Positions 47,301-61,021 of a stretch of DNA of 64,000 bases are shown here, piece after piece. Positions within the stretch are counted from its first letter, which is position 1; the number at the start of each line of letters is the position of its first letter. Both the position numbers and the translations under genes were made by a program. Below the pieces are notes generated by a model that saw nothing but the letters and a program-made list of their open reading frames with translations, did not search any database and was not told the origin of the DNA. The DNA is from Squalus acanthias (Eukaryota), in assembly GCA_030390025.1 (NCBI GenBank), contig JASTWF010000328.1, forward strand, positions 434,001 through 498,000, in the 5' to 3' direction.

Positions 47301-49218
47301 CAACCCCCCTCACCCCGACACCTCTTACACCCCTACTCTCCAACCCCCCTCACCCCAACTCCTCTTTCACCCCTACTCTCCAACCCCCTCACGCCAACTC
47401 CTCTTTCACCCCTACTCTCCAACCCCCCCTCACCCCAACTCCTCTTTCATCCCTACTCTCAACGCCCTCACAGAAACTCCTCTTTCACCCCTACTCTTCA
47501 ACCCCTCTCACCCCAACTCCTCTTTCACCCCTACTCTCCAACCCCCTCACCCGACTCTCCAACCCACTCACCCCAACTCCTCTTTCACCCCGACTCTCCA
47601 ACCCTCTCACCCCAACTCCACTTTCACCCCCACGCTCCAACCCCCCTCACCCCAACTCCTCTTTCTCCCCCACTCTCCAACCCCCCTCACCACAACTCCT
47701 CTTTCTCCCCCACTCTCCAACACCCCTCACCCCAACTCCTCTTTCACCCCTACTCTCCAACCCCCCTCACCCCAACTCCTCTTTCACCCCTACTCTCCAA
47801 ACCCCCTCACCCCAACTCCTCTTTCACCCCTACTCTCCAACCCCTCACCCCAACTCCTCTTTCACCCCTACTCTCCAACCCCTCACCCCAACTCCTCTTT
47901 CACCCCTACTCTCCAACCCCTCACCCCAACTCCTCTTTCACCCCTACTCACCAAACCCCTCACCCCGACTCCTCTCACCCCGACTCTCCAACCCCCCTCA
48001 CCCCGACTCTCCAACCCCCCTCACCCCTACTCTCAAACCCCTCACCCCAACTCCTCTTTCACCCCTACTCTCCAACCCCTCACCCCAACTCCTCTTTCAC
48101 CCCTACTCTCCAACCCCCCTCAGCCCAACTCCTCTTTTACCCCTACTCTCCAACCCCCTCACCCCAACTCCTCTTTCACCCCTACTCTCCAACCGTCTCA
48201 CGCCAACTCCTCTTTCACCCCTACTCTCCAACCCCCCCTCACCCCAACTCCTCTTTCACCCCTACTCTCAACGCCCTCACACCAACTCCTCTTTCACCCC
48301 TACTCTCAACCCCCTCACCCCGACTCCTCTTTCACCCCTACTCTCCATCCCACTCACCCCAACTCCACTTTCACCCCTACTCTCCAAACCCCCCTCACCC
48401 CAACTCCTCTTTCACCCCGACTCTCCAACCCTCTCACCCCAACTCCACTTTCATCCCTACTCTCCAACCCCCTCACCCCAACTCCTCTTTCTCCCCCAAG
48501 CTCCAACCCCCCCCTCACCCCGACTCCTCTTTCACCCCCACTCTCCAACCCCTCACCCCGACTCCTCTTTCACCCCTACTCTCCAACCCCCTCACCCCAA
48601 CTCCACTTTCAACCCTACTCTCCAACCCCCCTCACCCCAACTCCACTTTCACCCTGACTCTCCAACCCCCTCACCCCAACTCCTCTCTCACCCCTACTCT
48701 CCAACCCCCTCACCCCAACTCCTCTCTCACCCCTACTCTCCAACCCCCCTCACCCCAACTCCTCTCTCACCCCTACTCTCCAAACCCTCTCACCCCAACT
48801 CCTCTTTCACCCCTACTCTCCAAACCCCCTCACCCCACTCCTCTTTCACCCCTACTCTCCAACCCCTCACCCCAACTCCTCTTTCACCCCTACTCTCCAA
48901 CCCCTCACCCCAACTCCTCTTTCACCCCTACTCTCCAACCCCCCTCACCCCAACTCCTCTTTCACCCCTACTCTCCAACCCCTCACCCCAACTCCTCTTT
49001 CACCCCTACTCTCCACCCCCCCTCACCCCGACTCGTCTTTCACCCCCGACTCTCCCACCCCCCTCACCCCGACTCTCCAACCCCCTCACCCCAACTCCTC
49101 TTTCACCCCTACTCTCCAACCCCCTTCACCCCAACTCCTCTTTCACCCCTACTCTCCAACCCCCCTCACCCCAACTCCTCTTTCACCCCTACACTCCAAC
49201 CCCCCTCACCCCAACTCT
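44395..49218. repeat. C-rich minisatellite, 38-41-bp unit (ctcaccccaactcctctttcacccctactctccaacccc), ~120 copies
   Basis: Direct inspection; unit length varies through the C-tract. Confidence 0.97.
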
Positions 49219-49676
49219 GCACCAAGTGTCTCTCATCTTTCATTGACTTCAATGAAAAGCAAACTGACAGTTGGAAGCTGTCAAGATTTGAAAGGTATTC
49301 ACAAGTTGGGGTCTTTCTTAAGTCTGTCCACTCGAGGAGTTCGATAAGAGACTTTCTCCTGTGAATATAGAGCTGGAGGATTGGGCCGTGATGTGTTTAC
49401 TTGTTCACCTTGTTGACTCTGAAAATGGAGTCTTGTGGTTTCAGACACCAGATAATCAAGCTCACAACAACAGATTGTCTTTTATTGACTTTATTAACAG
49501 CACTGCAAAAATACAGACAGAGTATAGTTACCGATCCCGAGATCAGAGATAATAGTGGATTCAGAACTCTCTTCTCCCCGGGTCTGTCCCAACAAGCAGC
49601 GGCTACACCGGCAATATTTATATTTTAACTTGTTTACATTATTGATCTGACGCTGTTCAAACTGTAATCACAAGGA

Positions 49677-50108
49677 ATTAAAAACAGAAAATGCTGGAAA
49701 AACTCAGCAGGTCAGGCAGCATCTGTGCAGTGAGAGAAACAGAGTTAATGTTTCAGGTCTGTGACCCTTTGTCAGAACTGGAAAAAGTTAGAGATGTAAC
49801 AGATTTTAAGCAGGTGCAGAGGCAGGGAAAGGGGAGGAAAGAACAAAAGGGAGGGTCTGTGATAGGGTGGAAGGCAGGAGTGGTTAAATGCTGCAAATGG
49901 GAATGGCAGAATCATCAACAGCTGCCGTCTGAAAAGATAGGGGCAGAGGTTCTGGTCTGAAATTGTTGAACTCGATGTTGAGTCCAGAAGGCTGTAAAGT
50001 GCCTCATCGAAAGATGAGGTGCTGTTCCTCGAGCTTACGTTGAGCTTCGTTGGAACAGTGCAAGAGGCCGAGGACAGAGAGGGAGTGGAGCGGAGAATTA
50101 AAGTGACA
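49677..50108 (-). mobile_element. Penelope 3' end/pseudo-LTR with a decayed hammerhead motif
   Basis: Reverse complement matches 10540-11045; agttCTGACAAagggtcacagacctGAAACATTaact. Confidence 0.8.
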
Positions 50109-50109
50109 G

Positions 50110-50760
50110 GTGTGGTGCCCAGAACTGCTCACAGTTCTCCAGGTGTGGTCCAACCAGGGTTCTGTATAGCTGCAGCATAACTTCTACACCCTTCTATTCT
50201 AGTCCTCTCGATATAAAGGCCAGCATTCCATTAGCCTTTTTGATTATTTTCTGTACCTGTTCATGACATTTTAATGATCTCTGTACCTCGACCCCCCAAG
50301 TCTCTTTGGACATTCACTGTTTTTAGCTTTGAACCTAAAAAGGATCGAGCAGGGGACTTTCTAAATGGTGAAAAGTGGATGACCTCACATTTGCCTACAT
50401 TGAAATCCATTTGCCATTCACTTAGTCTGTCGATATCTCTTTGTAATTTTATGCTTTCATCCAAACTGCTGACAATGTCGCCTATCTTTGTGTCATCGGC
50501 AAATTTGGATAGATGACTTTCGATGCCATCATCTAAGTCGTTAATAAATATTGCGAATAGCTGAGGCCCCAACACAGATCCCTGCGAGACACCACTAGTC
50601 ACATCCTGCCAATTTGAGTACCGGCCCATTATCCCTACTCTCCGTCTCCAGCCACTCAGTCAATTTCCTAACCAGGTCAATAATTTGCCCTCATTTCCGT
50701 GGGCTTCTACCTTAGGTAACAGTCTCTTGTGTGGGACTTTATCAAAGGCCTTCTGGAAGT
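50110..50760 (-). mobile_element. CR1 RT fragment
   Basis: [25 protein letters not shown]. Confidence 0.85.
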
Positions 50761-51062
50761 ACTTTACACCACAACCGACACCTTCCCTGGATCCCAAGGC
50801 TAGGAGAGGCACTCTGGAAGGTATGGGGAGCTGGGACTTGTCCATGAGAGTAACTGAAGGTTGAAGAACTGAAATAATCTAGAATGAGAAAGGACATCAA
50901 TTAGTCTCCTCCTATCTTACAGAAATAAAGAACACAACACAGGGTGTGTTTACACCAAAACTGGTTCGACAGATATCCAGAAACTTAAACTCCAGCCCAG
51001 TTATCGGGGTTATTAACATCAGCACAAAGGATGTGATTAACTTCAGAATCTAACCCCTGCAG

Positions 51063-51653
51063 TCACTTGTGAACTCGCTGGTGTGTCAGCAGGTGAGATG
51101 GTCGACTGAATCCCTTCCCACACACGGAGCAGGTGAACGGCCTCTCCCCAGTGTGAACTCGCTGGTGTCTCAGCAGGTTGGAGGACTGAGTGAATCCCTT
51201 CCCACACACGGAGCAGGTGAACATCCTCTCCCCAGTGTGAACTCGCTGGTGTGTCCGAAGATTGGATGCAGAAGTGAATCCCTTCCCGCACACGGAGCAG
51301 GTGAACGGCCTCTCCCCGGTGTGAACTCGCTGGTGTTGAATGAGGTGAGACGACTGCCTGAAGCTCTTCTCGCAGTGAGTGCAACTGAACGGTCTCTCGT
51401 CAGTGTGAACAAGCTGGTGTTTAATTAGATCGGCAGAGATTTTAAAGCAGTTCCCACACTCACAGCATTTAAAAGGTCTCTCCCCAGTGTGAACTCGCTG
51501 GTGTAAGTGGAGGCTGGACAACAGAGTGAATCCCTTCCCACACTCGGAGCAGGTGAACGGCCTCTCCCCGGTGTGACTGCGTCGATGAGATTCCAGCTGG
51601 GATGGGCAATCGAATCCCTTCCCACAGTCCCCACATTTCCACCGTTTCTCCGT
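51063..51653 (-). CDS. C2H2 zinc-finger protein ZNF-E (7 canonical fingers), second subfamily; ACG at the expected start position
   Basis: Open frame [33 protein letters not shown]; stop-containing degenerate fingers upstream (51654-51880). Confidence 0.65.
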   Translation of the reverse strand, partial: TEKRWKCGDCGKGFDCPSQLESHRRSHTGERPFTCSECGKGFTLLSSLHLHQRVHTGERPFKCCECGNCFKISADLIKHQLVHTDERPFSCTHCEKSFRQSSHLIQHQRVHTGERPFTCSVCGKGFTSASNLRTHQRVHTGERMFTCSVCGKGFTQSSNLLRHQRVHTGERPFTCSVCGKGFSRPSHLLTHQRVHK

Positions 51654-51997
51654 GGTGCGGGTGTCCTTGCGTTTCTCCAGGTTGGACGATCAGTTGAAGC
51701 CTCGTCCACACACAGAACACGTGTACGGTTTCTCCCCGCTGTGAATGGTGCGATGTTTTTTCAGACTGCGTAACTGGTTAAACCTCTTTCCACAGTCAGT
51801 GCACTGGAACACTCTCACTCGGGTGTGTGTGTGTCGGTGCTTTTCCAGTCACACTGATGTTTGAAATCTTTTCCCCACAGACAGAACAAACATTTCTCCT
51901 TCCACACTCAAAGGCCCATGAATTTCAGGTCCTGATGAATCCAGTGACTCTCTCAGATCTTGATATGAAGTTTGGTTTGAGTTTCCCGTCTGTAAAT

Positions 51998-54900
51998 CAT
52001 AAGAATAAGAACATAAGGAATAGGAGCAGGAGTCGGCCATTCGGCTCCTCGAGCCCGCTCGGCCATTCAATAAGATCATGGCTGATCTGATCTTGGCCTC
52101 AACTCCACTTTTCTGCCTGTTCCCCATGACCCTCGACTCCCCTGTAGTTCAAACATCTGTCTATCTCAGCCTTGAATATATTCAATGACTCAGCCTCCAC
52201 AGCTCTCTGGGGTAGAGAATTTCAAAGATTCACGACCCTCAGAGAAGAAATTCCTCCTCACCTCCGTCTTAAATGGGTGCCCCCTTATTCTGAAACTATG
52301 CCCCCTAGTTCTAGATTCCCCCACGAGGGGAAACATCCTCTCAGCATCCACCCTGTCAAGCCCCCTCAGAATCTTATATGTTTCAATAAGATCACCTCTC
52401 ATTCTTCTAAACTCCAATGAGTATCGGCCCAACCTGCTCAACCTTTCCTCATAAGACAACCCCTTCATCTCCAGAATCAACCTAGTGAACCTTCTCCGAA
52501 CTGCCTCCAATGCAAGTGTATCCCTCCTTTAATAAGGAGACCAAAACTGTACGCAGTACTCCAGGTGTGGTACAATTGTAGCAAGACTTCCCTACTTTTA
52601 TACTCCATCCCCCTTGCAATAAAGGCCAACATTCCATTTGCCTTCCTAATTACTTGCTGTACCTGCATGCTAACTCTTTGTGTTTCATGTACGAGGACAC
52701 CCAGATCCATCTGCACCGCAGCGTTCTGTAGTCTCTCTCCATTTAAATATTTTGCTTTTCTATTCTTCCTACCAAAGTGGATAAGCTCACATTTTCCCAC
52801 ATTAGACTCCATCTGCCAAATTTTTGCCCACTCACTTAACCTATCTATATCCGTTTGCAGACACTGTGTCCTCCTCACAACTTGCTTTCCCACCTATCTT
52901 TGTATCATCAGCAAATTTGGCTACAGTACACTCGGTCCCTTCATCCAAGTCATTAATATAGATTGTAAATAGTTGAGGCCCCAGCACTGATCCCTGTGAC
53001 ACCCCACTAGTTACAGTTTGCCAACCTGAAAATGACCCATTTATCCCGACTCTCTGTTTTCTGTCAGTTAGCCAATCCTCTATCCATGCTAATATATTAC
53101 CCCCAACACGATGAGCTCTTATCTTGTGCAGTAACCTTTTACGTGGCACCTTATCGAATGCCTTTTGGAAATCCAAATACACCAGATCCACTGGTTCCCC
53201 TTTATCCACCCTGCTCGTTACATCCTCAAAAAACTCTAATAAATTTATCAAACACGATTTCCCTTTCATAAAACCATGTTGACTCTGCTTGATTGTATTA
53301 TGATTTTCTAAATGTCCAGCTACTACTTCCTTAATAATGGATTCCAGCATCTTCCCAATGACAGATGTTAGGCTAACTGGCCCATAGTTTCCTGCTATCT
53401 GTCTCCCTCCTTTCTTGAATATGGGCGTTACATTTGCAGTTTCCCAGAGTCTGGAGAATTTTGGAAGATTACAACCAATGCATCCACTATCTCTGCAGCC
53501 ACTTCTTTTAAGACCCTAGGGTGCAGGCCATCAGGTCCAGGGGACTGGACGTAAAAGATCCCATGGCACTATTTCAAAGAAGAGTAGGGGAGTTATCCCC
53601 GGTGTCCTGGCCAATATTTATCTCTCAACCAACATAACAAAAACAGATTATCTGGTCATTATCACATTGCTGTTTGTGGGACCTTGCTGTGTGCAAATTG
53701 GGTGCTGCGTTTCCCACATTACAACAGTGACTCCACTTCAAAAGTACTTCATTGACTGTAAAGCGCTTTGAGACGTCCGGTGGTCGTGAAAGGCGCTATA
53801 TAAATGCAAGTCTTTCTTTCTTTAGTCCCATTAGTTTCCCTAGTACTTTTTCTCCAGTGATAGTGACTGTTTTAAGTTTCTCCCTCCCTTTTGCCTCTTG
53901 ATTTTCCACTATTATTGGGATGCTTTTAGTGTCTTCTCCCGTGAAGACAGATACAAAATATTTGTTCAAAGTCTCTGCCATTTCCTTGTTTCCCATTATT
54001 AATTCCCCAGTCTCATGCTCTAAGGGACCAATGTTTACTTTAGCTACTCTCTTCCTTTTTATATACTTGTAGAAGCTCTTACTGTCTGGTTTTTATATTT
54101 CTTGCTACTTTACTCTCAATCCATTTTCTCCCTCTATTATTTTTTTAGTCATCCTTTGCAAGTCTCAAAAAATTTCCCAATCTCCTGGCCTACCACTAAT
54201 CTTCACAACATTGTACACTTTTTCTTTCAATTTGATACCCTCCTTAACTTCCTTAGTTCATCCTTCTCAGAGTCTTTCTCACTGGAATGTATCTTTGCTG
54301 AGAGTGATGAAATCTCTCCTTAAAAGTCTGCCACTGCTTATCTACCGTCTTAACTTTTAATCTATTTTCCCAGTTCACTTTAGCCAACTCTGTCTTCATA
54401 CCCGAGTAATTCCCTTTATTTAAGTTTAAGACACTAGTTTCAGAGCCAAGTTTCTCGCCCTCAAACGGAATGTGAAATTCTATCATGTTATGAGCAGGTT
54501 CCCTGGAGGATCCTTTACTATGAGATCATTCATTAATCCTGTCTCATTACACATCACCAGATCGAAAATAGCCTGTTCCCTGGTGGGTTCCACAACATAT
54601 TGTTCCAAGAATCTGTCCTGAATACACTCTATGAACTCGTCCTCAAGGCTACCTTTGCCAATTTGATTTGTCCAATCTATATGAAGATTAAAATCACCCA
54701 CGATTATTGCAGTACCTTTCTTACAAGCCCCCATTATTTCTTGATTTATACTCTGTCCCACAGTGTAGCTACTGTTAGGGGGCCTATAGACCACTCCCAC
54801 CAGAGACTTCTTTCCCTTATTATTTCTTATCTCCACCCAAACTGATTCTACATCTTGATCTTCCGAGCCAAGGTCATTTCTCACTACTGTACTGATCTCA

Positions 54901-56515
54901 TCCTTTATTAACAGAGCTACCCCACCTCCTTTTCCTTTCTGCCTATCCTTCCGAAATGTCAAATACTCCTGAATATTCAGTTCCCAGCCTTGGTCACCTT
55001 GTAACCACGTCTTTGTAATGGCTATCAGATTATAACCATTTATTTCTATTTGTGCCGTCAACTCATCTATCTTGTTACGAATGCTGCATGCATTCAGATA
55101 AAGAGCCTTTAATTTTGTCTTTTTACCATTTGTCCCTACTCTGACCTTATTTGCTGGTGCACTCTTATGCTTGTGCGCTCTGTCCCTTCCTGTCACACTC
55201 TGGTTATCATTACCCCTATCGCTACCCTGCACTATTGCCTTGTCCTTTCTCTTTAACTTTCTAGGTTTCCCCTCACCTGAACCCTCCCCCCCCACTATTT
55301 AGTTTAAAGCCCTATCTACAGCCCGAGTTATTTGATTCGCCAGGACACTGGTCCCCGCACGCTTCAAGTGAAGCCCGTCCCAACGGAACAGCTCCCTCTT
55401 TCCCCAGTACTGGTGCCAGTGCCCCATGAATTGAAACCCATTTCTCCCACACCAATCCTTGAGCCACACATTCAACTCTCTGATCTTATGGACCCGATGC
55501 CAGTTTGCTCGTGGCTCACGTAGTAATCCAGAGATTACTTTGTGGTTCTGCTTTTTAATTTAGCCCCGAGCTGCTCGTACTCCCTCAGTAGAACCTCTTT
55601 CTTAGTCCTACCTATGTCCTTGGTACCTGTGTGGACCACGACAACTGGATCCTTCCCCTCCCACTCCAAGTTCCTCTCCAGCCCAGAGGAGATGTCCTTA
55701 ACCCTGGCACCGGGCAGGCAACATAGCCTTCGGGACTCACGCTCTCGGCTACAGAGAACAGTATCTATCCCCCTAACTATACTGTCCCCGACCACTACTA
55801 CATTCCTTTTTACTCCCTCAACTTGAATGGCCCCCTGTACCACGGTGCTGTGGTCAGTTTGCTCATCCTCCCTGCAGTCCCTACTCTCGTCCACACAGGC
55901 TGCAAGAACCTCGTACCTGTTGGACAAGTGCAAGGCTGAGGCTCCTCCAATGCTAACTTCTGGATCCCCATTCCTGCCTCACTCGTAGTCACACCCTCCT
56001 GTCCCTGACCACGGACCAAATCTGAAGCATTTAACCTAAGGGGTGTGACTGCCTCCTGGAACAAAGTGTCCAGGTAACTTTCTCCCTCCCTGATGTATCG
56101 CAGTGTCTGAAGCTCAGAAGTTCCTTGAGCTGTAGACACTTACTGCAGATGTGGTTGCTGTGGATCACACTGGGCTCCACCAGCTCCCACATGCTGCAGC
56201 TGCAACACATCACCTGCCCTGCCAGCTCCATTGTATTTTATTTAACTAATTAGGTTTTCAAGTTTTGAAATACTCAATTGTCTGTTAATAGTTTTTAATC
56301 TCGGTAATAACCTTTGTTTAATTTATTAAATGTAGTTATATGCTTTAAGTCTTCACTGTAACTTAGTCCACAGTCCTAATTCAACACTCGTTTAAATTAT
56401 TTTTATGTGTCAAGCAGCACCTCTTACCCCCACCTCACCGAATTCCCTCACTCACCAATGCCCCAGTTAAGTACTCTGCAGAAGCAGTACTCCGTAGAAC
56501 TGGACTCCGTGCTAC
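51998..56515 (-). mobile_element. Near full-length CR1 LINE (ORF1 zinc finger and SGNH esterase, ORF2 APE-RT), frameshifted
   Basis: CCSCSMW..HICSKC; VVVVGDSIVRG; LYLNACSIRNK, VYRPPNS, GDFN; RT motifs; 3' tail at 51998. Confidence 0.93.
53547..53823 (+). mobile_element. Deu-domain SINE nested in the CR1
   Basis: Same body as 42954-43272; (TCTT)n tail. Confidence 0.75.
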
Positions 56516-56518
56516 TTC

Positions 56519-59180
56519 ATATACGAACAGACGAATTAGGAGCAGGAGTCGGCCACTTGGCCCCTCGAGCCTGCTCCGCCATTCAATAAGATCATGGCTG
56601 ATCTGATTACTCCACATTCCCGCCTACTCCCGATAACCTGTCACCACCTTGCTTATCAAGAATCTATCTACCTCTGCCTTAAAAATATTAAAAGACTCTG
56701 CTTCCACCGCCCTCTGAGGAACAGAGTTCCAAAGACTCACGACACTGAGAAAAAAATTCCCCTCATCTCTGTCTTAAATGGGCGACCCCTTATTTTTAAA
56801 CAGTGACCCCTAGTTCTAGATTCTCCCACAAGAGGAAACATCCTCTCCACATCCACCCTGTCCAGACCCCTCAGGATCTTACATGTTTCAATCAAGTCAC
56901 CTCTTACTCTTCTAAACTCCAGCGGATACAAGCCTAGCCTGTCCAACCTTTCCTCATAAGACAACCCGCCCATTCCAGGTATTAGTCCAGTAAACCTTCT
57001 CTGAACTGCTTCCAACGCATTTTTTTCCTTCCTTAAATAATGAGACCAATACTGTACACAGTACTCCAGATGTGGTCTCACCAATGCCCTGTATAACTGA
57101 AACATAACCTCCCTACTTTTGTATTCAATTCCCCTCGCAATAAACGATAACATTCTATTAGATTTCCCAATTACTTGCTGTACCTGCACAGTAACCTTTT
57201 GCGATTCATGCACGAGGACACCCAGATCCCTCTGCATCTCAGAGCTCTGCAATCTCTCACCATTTAGATAATATGCTTCTTTTTTATTCTTCCTGCCAAA
57301 ATGGACAACTTCACATTTTCCCCACATTATACTCAATTTGTTAGATCTTTGCCCACTCACTTAACCTATCTATATCCCTTTGTAGCCTCTTTATGTCCTC
57401 TTCACAATTTACTTTCCTACCTATCTTTGTCATCAGCAAATTTAGCAACCATACCTTCGGTCCCCTCATCCAAGTCATTTATATAAATTGTAAAAAGTTG
57501 AGGCCCCAGCACTGATCCCTGTGGCACACCACTCGTTACATCTTGCCAATAAGAAAATGACCCATTTATGCCTACTCTCTGTTTCCTGTTAGCTAGCCAA
57601 TCTTCTATCCATGCCAATATGTTACCCCCTACACCATTAGATTTTATTTTCCACAATAACTTTTGATGTGGCACCTTATCAAATGCCTTCTGGAAATCTA
57701 AGTACGTACATCCACCGGTTCCCCTTTATCCACAGCACATGTTACTTCCTCAAAGAACTCCAATAAATTGGTTAAACATGATTTCCCTTTCACAAAACCA
57801 TGTTGACTCTGCCCGATCACTTTGAACTTTTCTAAGTGCCCTGCTATAATGTCTTTAATAATAGCTCCGAACATCTTCCCTATGACAGATGTTAAGCTAA
57901 CTGGCCTGTAGTTTCCTGCTTTCTGTCTCCCTCCCTTTTTGAATAAAGGAGTTACATTCGCTATTTTCCAATCTAATGGAACCTTCCCCGAATCTAGGGA
58001 ATTTTGGAAAATTAAAACCAACGCATCAACTATCTCACTAGCCACTTCTTTTAAGACCCTAGGATGAAGTCCATCAGGACCCGGGGACTTGTCAGCCCGC
58101 AGCTCCAACAATTTGCTCAGTACCACTTCCCTGGTGATTGTAATTTTCTTGAGATCCTCCCTCCCTTCCATTTCCTGATTTACAGCTATTTCTGGGATGT
58201 TACTTGTATCCTCTACAGTGAAGACCGATGCAAAATACCTGTTCAATTCAACTGCCATCTCCTTATTTTCCATTATTAATTCCCAGACTCACTTTCTATA
58301 GGACCAACGCTCACTTTGTTAACTCTTTTCTTTTTAAAATATCTGTAGAAACTAATACTATCTGTTTTTATATTTCTAGCTAGCTTTCTCTCATACTCTA
58401 ATTTTTCTCTCCTTATTAATCTTTAGTCATTCTTTGCTGTTTTTTAGATTCTGTCCAATCTTCTGAATGCCACCCATCTTTGCATAATTATATGCTTTTT
58501 CTTTAAGTTTGATACTATCTTTAACTTTTTTAGTTAACCACGGATGGTGGGTCCTCCCCTTGGAATTTTTCTTTCTCGTTGGAATGTATATATTCTGTGT
58601 ATTTTGAAATATCCCCTTAAATGTCTACCACTGCAACTCTATTGACCTATCCCTTAACCTAATTTGCCAGTTCACTTTAGCTAGCTCTGCTTTCATGCCC
58701 TCATAATTGCCCTTATTTAAGTTTAAAATACTAGTCTTGGACCCACTCTTCTCTCTCTCAAACTGAATGTAAAATTCAATCATATTATCATCACTGCTAC
58801 CTCGGGGCACCTTCACTATCAGGTCATTAATGAATCTTATCGCGTTGCACAATACCAGGTCTAGTATAGCCTGCTCTCTGGTTGGCTCCAGAACGTGTTG
58901 TTGTAAGAAATTATCCCAAAACATTCCATGAACTCCTCATCTAGGCTACCTTTGCCCATCTGATTTTTCCAGTCTATATGCAGATTAAAATCCCCCATGA
59001 TTATTGCCGTACCCTTCTGACAAGCTCCTATTATTTCTTCCTTTATACTCCATCCTAACATGTGGTTACTGTTAGGGGGCCTGTACACCACTCCCACAAG
59101 TGACTTCTTGCCTTTATTATTTCTCATCTCTACCCAAACCGCTTCTACATCCTGGTTTCCTGAACTTAGGTCATCCCTAC
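56519..59180 (-). mobile_element. Young 5'-truncated CR1 LINE
   Basis: APE-RT ORFs at 56737-59127; nearly identical to 33484-35352. Confidence 0.92.
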
Positions 59181-59800
59181 TTACCTCCCAAACATTTCTC
59201 CTTCCACACTCAAAAGGCCGATGAATTTCAGTTCCTGATGAATGGAGTGACTCTCTGAGATCTTGATGTGAAGTTTGGTTTGAGTTTCCCCGTCTGTCAA
59301 TCCTGCCCTTCTCACAGCCTGTGAAAGGAGTTTACAAAAGCCATCACTGAGAGTCCAGGACAGAAATTCACAACATTCTCTCCTCCTGCTCCCTGGCCCA
59401 AGGGGGCCGCGCATGCGCCCCGCTGCACACTCGGCCTCTCAAGATGGCGGCCGTTGACCCGGGCCTGTCACCGGGAGAAAGCCCCGCAGCCGCCGCCCCG
59501 CTGGGGACAAACGCGAGACCCGTAGGTTCTTATTCGGGGCTTGAGGCCTACACCGGGTGTTTATAAAGCCTCCCCGCCGGTTCCCTTGCTCCCCTGTGCT
59601 CCGCCTCCGCCTCCCCGCACCGGAATCTTCTCTCCACCCTCCGCCGCCATCATCCGAAAGGCGGCACTGACTGCGCACGCGCGGGAACGCCCCCCCCCCC
59701 CAAACATCGCGCCTGCTGCGCCAGGCCCCTGCAGCATTGATAGGGCCTGTTCTCCCACGCGCAGCATTCTGGGTAACAGCCTCCGCCATTGTCTCCGCTG
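59181..59800 (-). promoter_or_regulatory. ZNF leader-exon remnant and CpG-rich promoter without a coding body
   Basis: 59185-59300 matches the ZNF leader; acceptor tttcacag| at ~59319; GCGCATGCGC at ~59408, CAAGATGGCGGC at ~59440. Confidence 0.6.
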
Positions 59801-59935
59801 GCTGAGGATCGCAGAGATACATTTGGAGCAAGGAACAGGAGGAGGATGAGAAGTTCAATGAAAGTTGAATCCTATGATTTCAGACACCGGATTGAGTTGC
59901 GCGGCGATGCTGGGATACACTCCATCTCCGCCCCT

Positions 59936-60277
59936 GAAAGAAAGAAAGACTTGCATTTCTATAGCGCCTTTCACGACCACCGGATGTCCCAAAGTGCTTT
60001 ACAGCCAATGAAGTACTTTTGAAGTGGAGTCACTGTTGTAATGTGGGAAACGCGGCAGCCAATTGCTCTTCTTTGAAATAGTGCCATGGGATCTTTTACG
60101 TCCACCTGAGAGAGCAGACGGGGCCTCGGTTCCGAAAGACGGCACCTCCAACAGTGCAACGCTCCCTCAGCACTGCACTGGAGTGTCAGCCTAGCTTTAT
60201 GTCCTCAAGTCCCTGGAGTGGGACTTGAACCCACCACCTTCTGACTCAGTGTGCTACCAACTGAGCCACAACTGACA
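59936..60277 (-). mobile_element. Deu-domain SINE with tRNA head (internally deleted), followed by the 65-bp minisatellite to 60430
   Basis: Head gtgtcagttgtggctcagttggtagc..gggttcaagtcccactcc; tail as in 53547-53823. Confidence 0.75.
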
Positions 60278-61021
60278 CACAGTTGCTGACTCTGCTGTAC
60301 CTGTCCTGGGAGTGATTGATGGGACAGTGTAGAGGGAGCTTTATACTGTATCTAACCCGTGCTGTACCTGCCCTGGGAGTGTTTGATGGGGCAGTGGAGA
60401 GGGAGCTTTACTCTGTATCTAACCCGTGCTAATCATCCACTTAATTTTTTTAATAGAATAATAAACTCTATCAATTTAATCTCATCTTCTGACGTTTTCT
60501 AAAATTGTGCTAGTTGCCCATGCGCTGAGTGTATCCGAGCAAACTTGGAAATACAACTGTTTCTTCATCCAAGACATTAATAAATATGGTGAAAAGCTGA
60601 GGCCCCAGAACAGATCCCTGGGCGACACCACTTGTTACATCACATCAATCTGAGAACGTACCTTTCATCCCCACTCTCTGTCCCCTACCTCCTGATCAAT
60701 TCCCACCCATCAAAAGGTTGCCTCCAATTCTGAGCGCTCTCAATGTTACCAATCTTTTGTGTAAAACCCTATGGAAAGCTTGTAGAAGTCGCTATGGACC
60801 AGTGGCTCACAAACTGTTTTGGTTGAAGGACCCCTTTCAAATTGATTAGTAATCACGGACCCCACACCCCCCCCCCATTATAATACTGTAAACTCCTCGC
60901 ACATTTACATTTCTGAATGTAAAGCTCATCAGTGTCCTGTGAAAGGGACTTGCATGGAATTTTGCCAGTGCTGTCCGATATAGTGGTTGTTATCTTCCCT
61001 TCAGCTGGAGATTGATCTATC

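Noticed and set aside
44344..49246. 1437-aa and 1623-aa proline-rich ORFs
   Set aside because: Translations of the G-poor minisatellite, which lacks stop codons on +; open in overlapping frames and starting in a LINE tail
60800..60875. Possible hAT-Charlie MITE end (cagtggctcacaaactg..)
   Set aside because: No matching second terminus or TSD found
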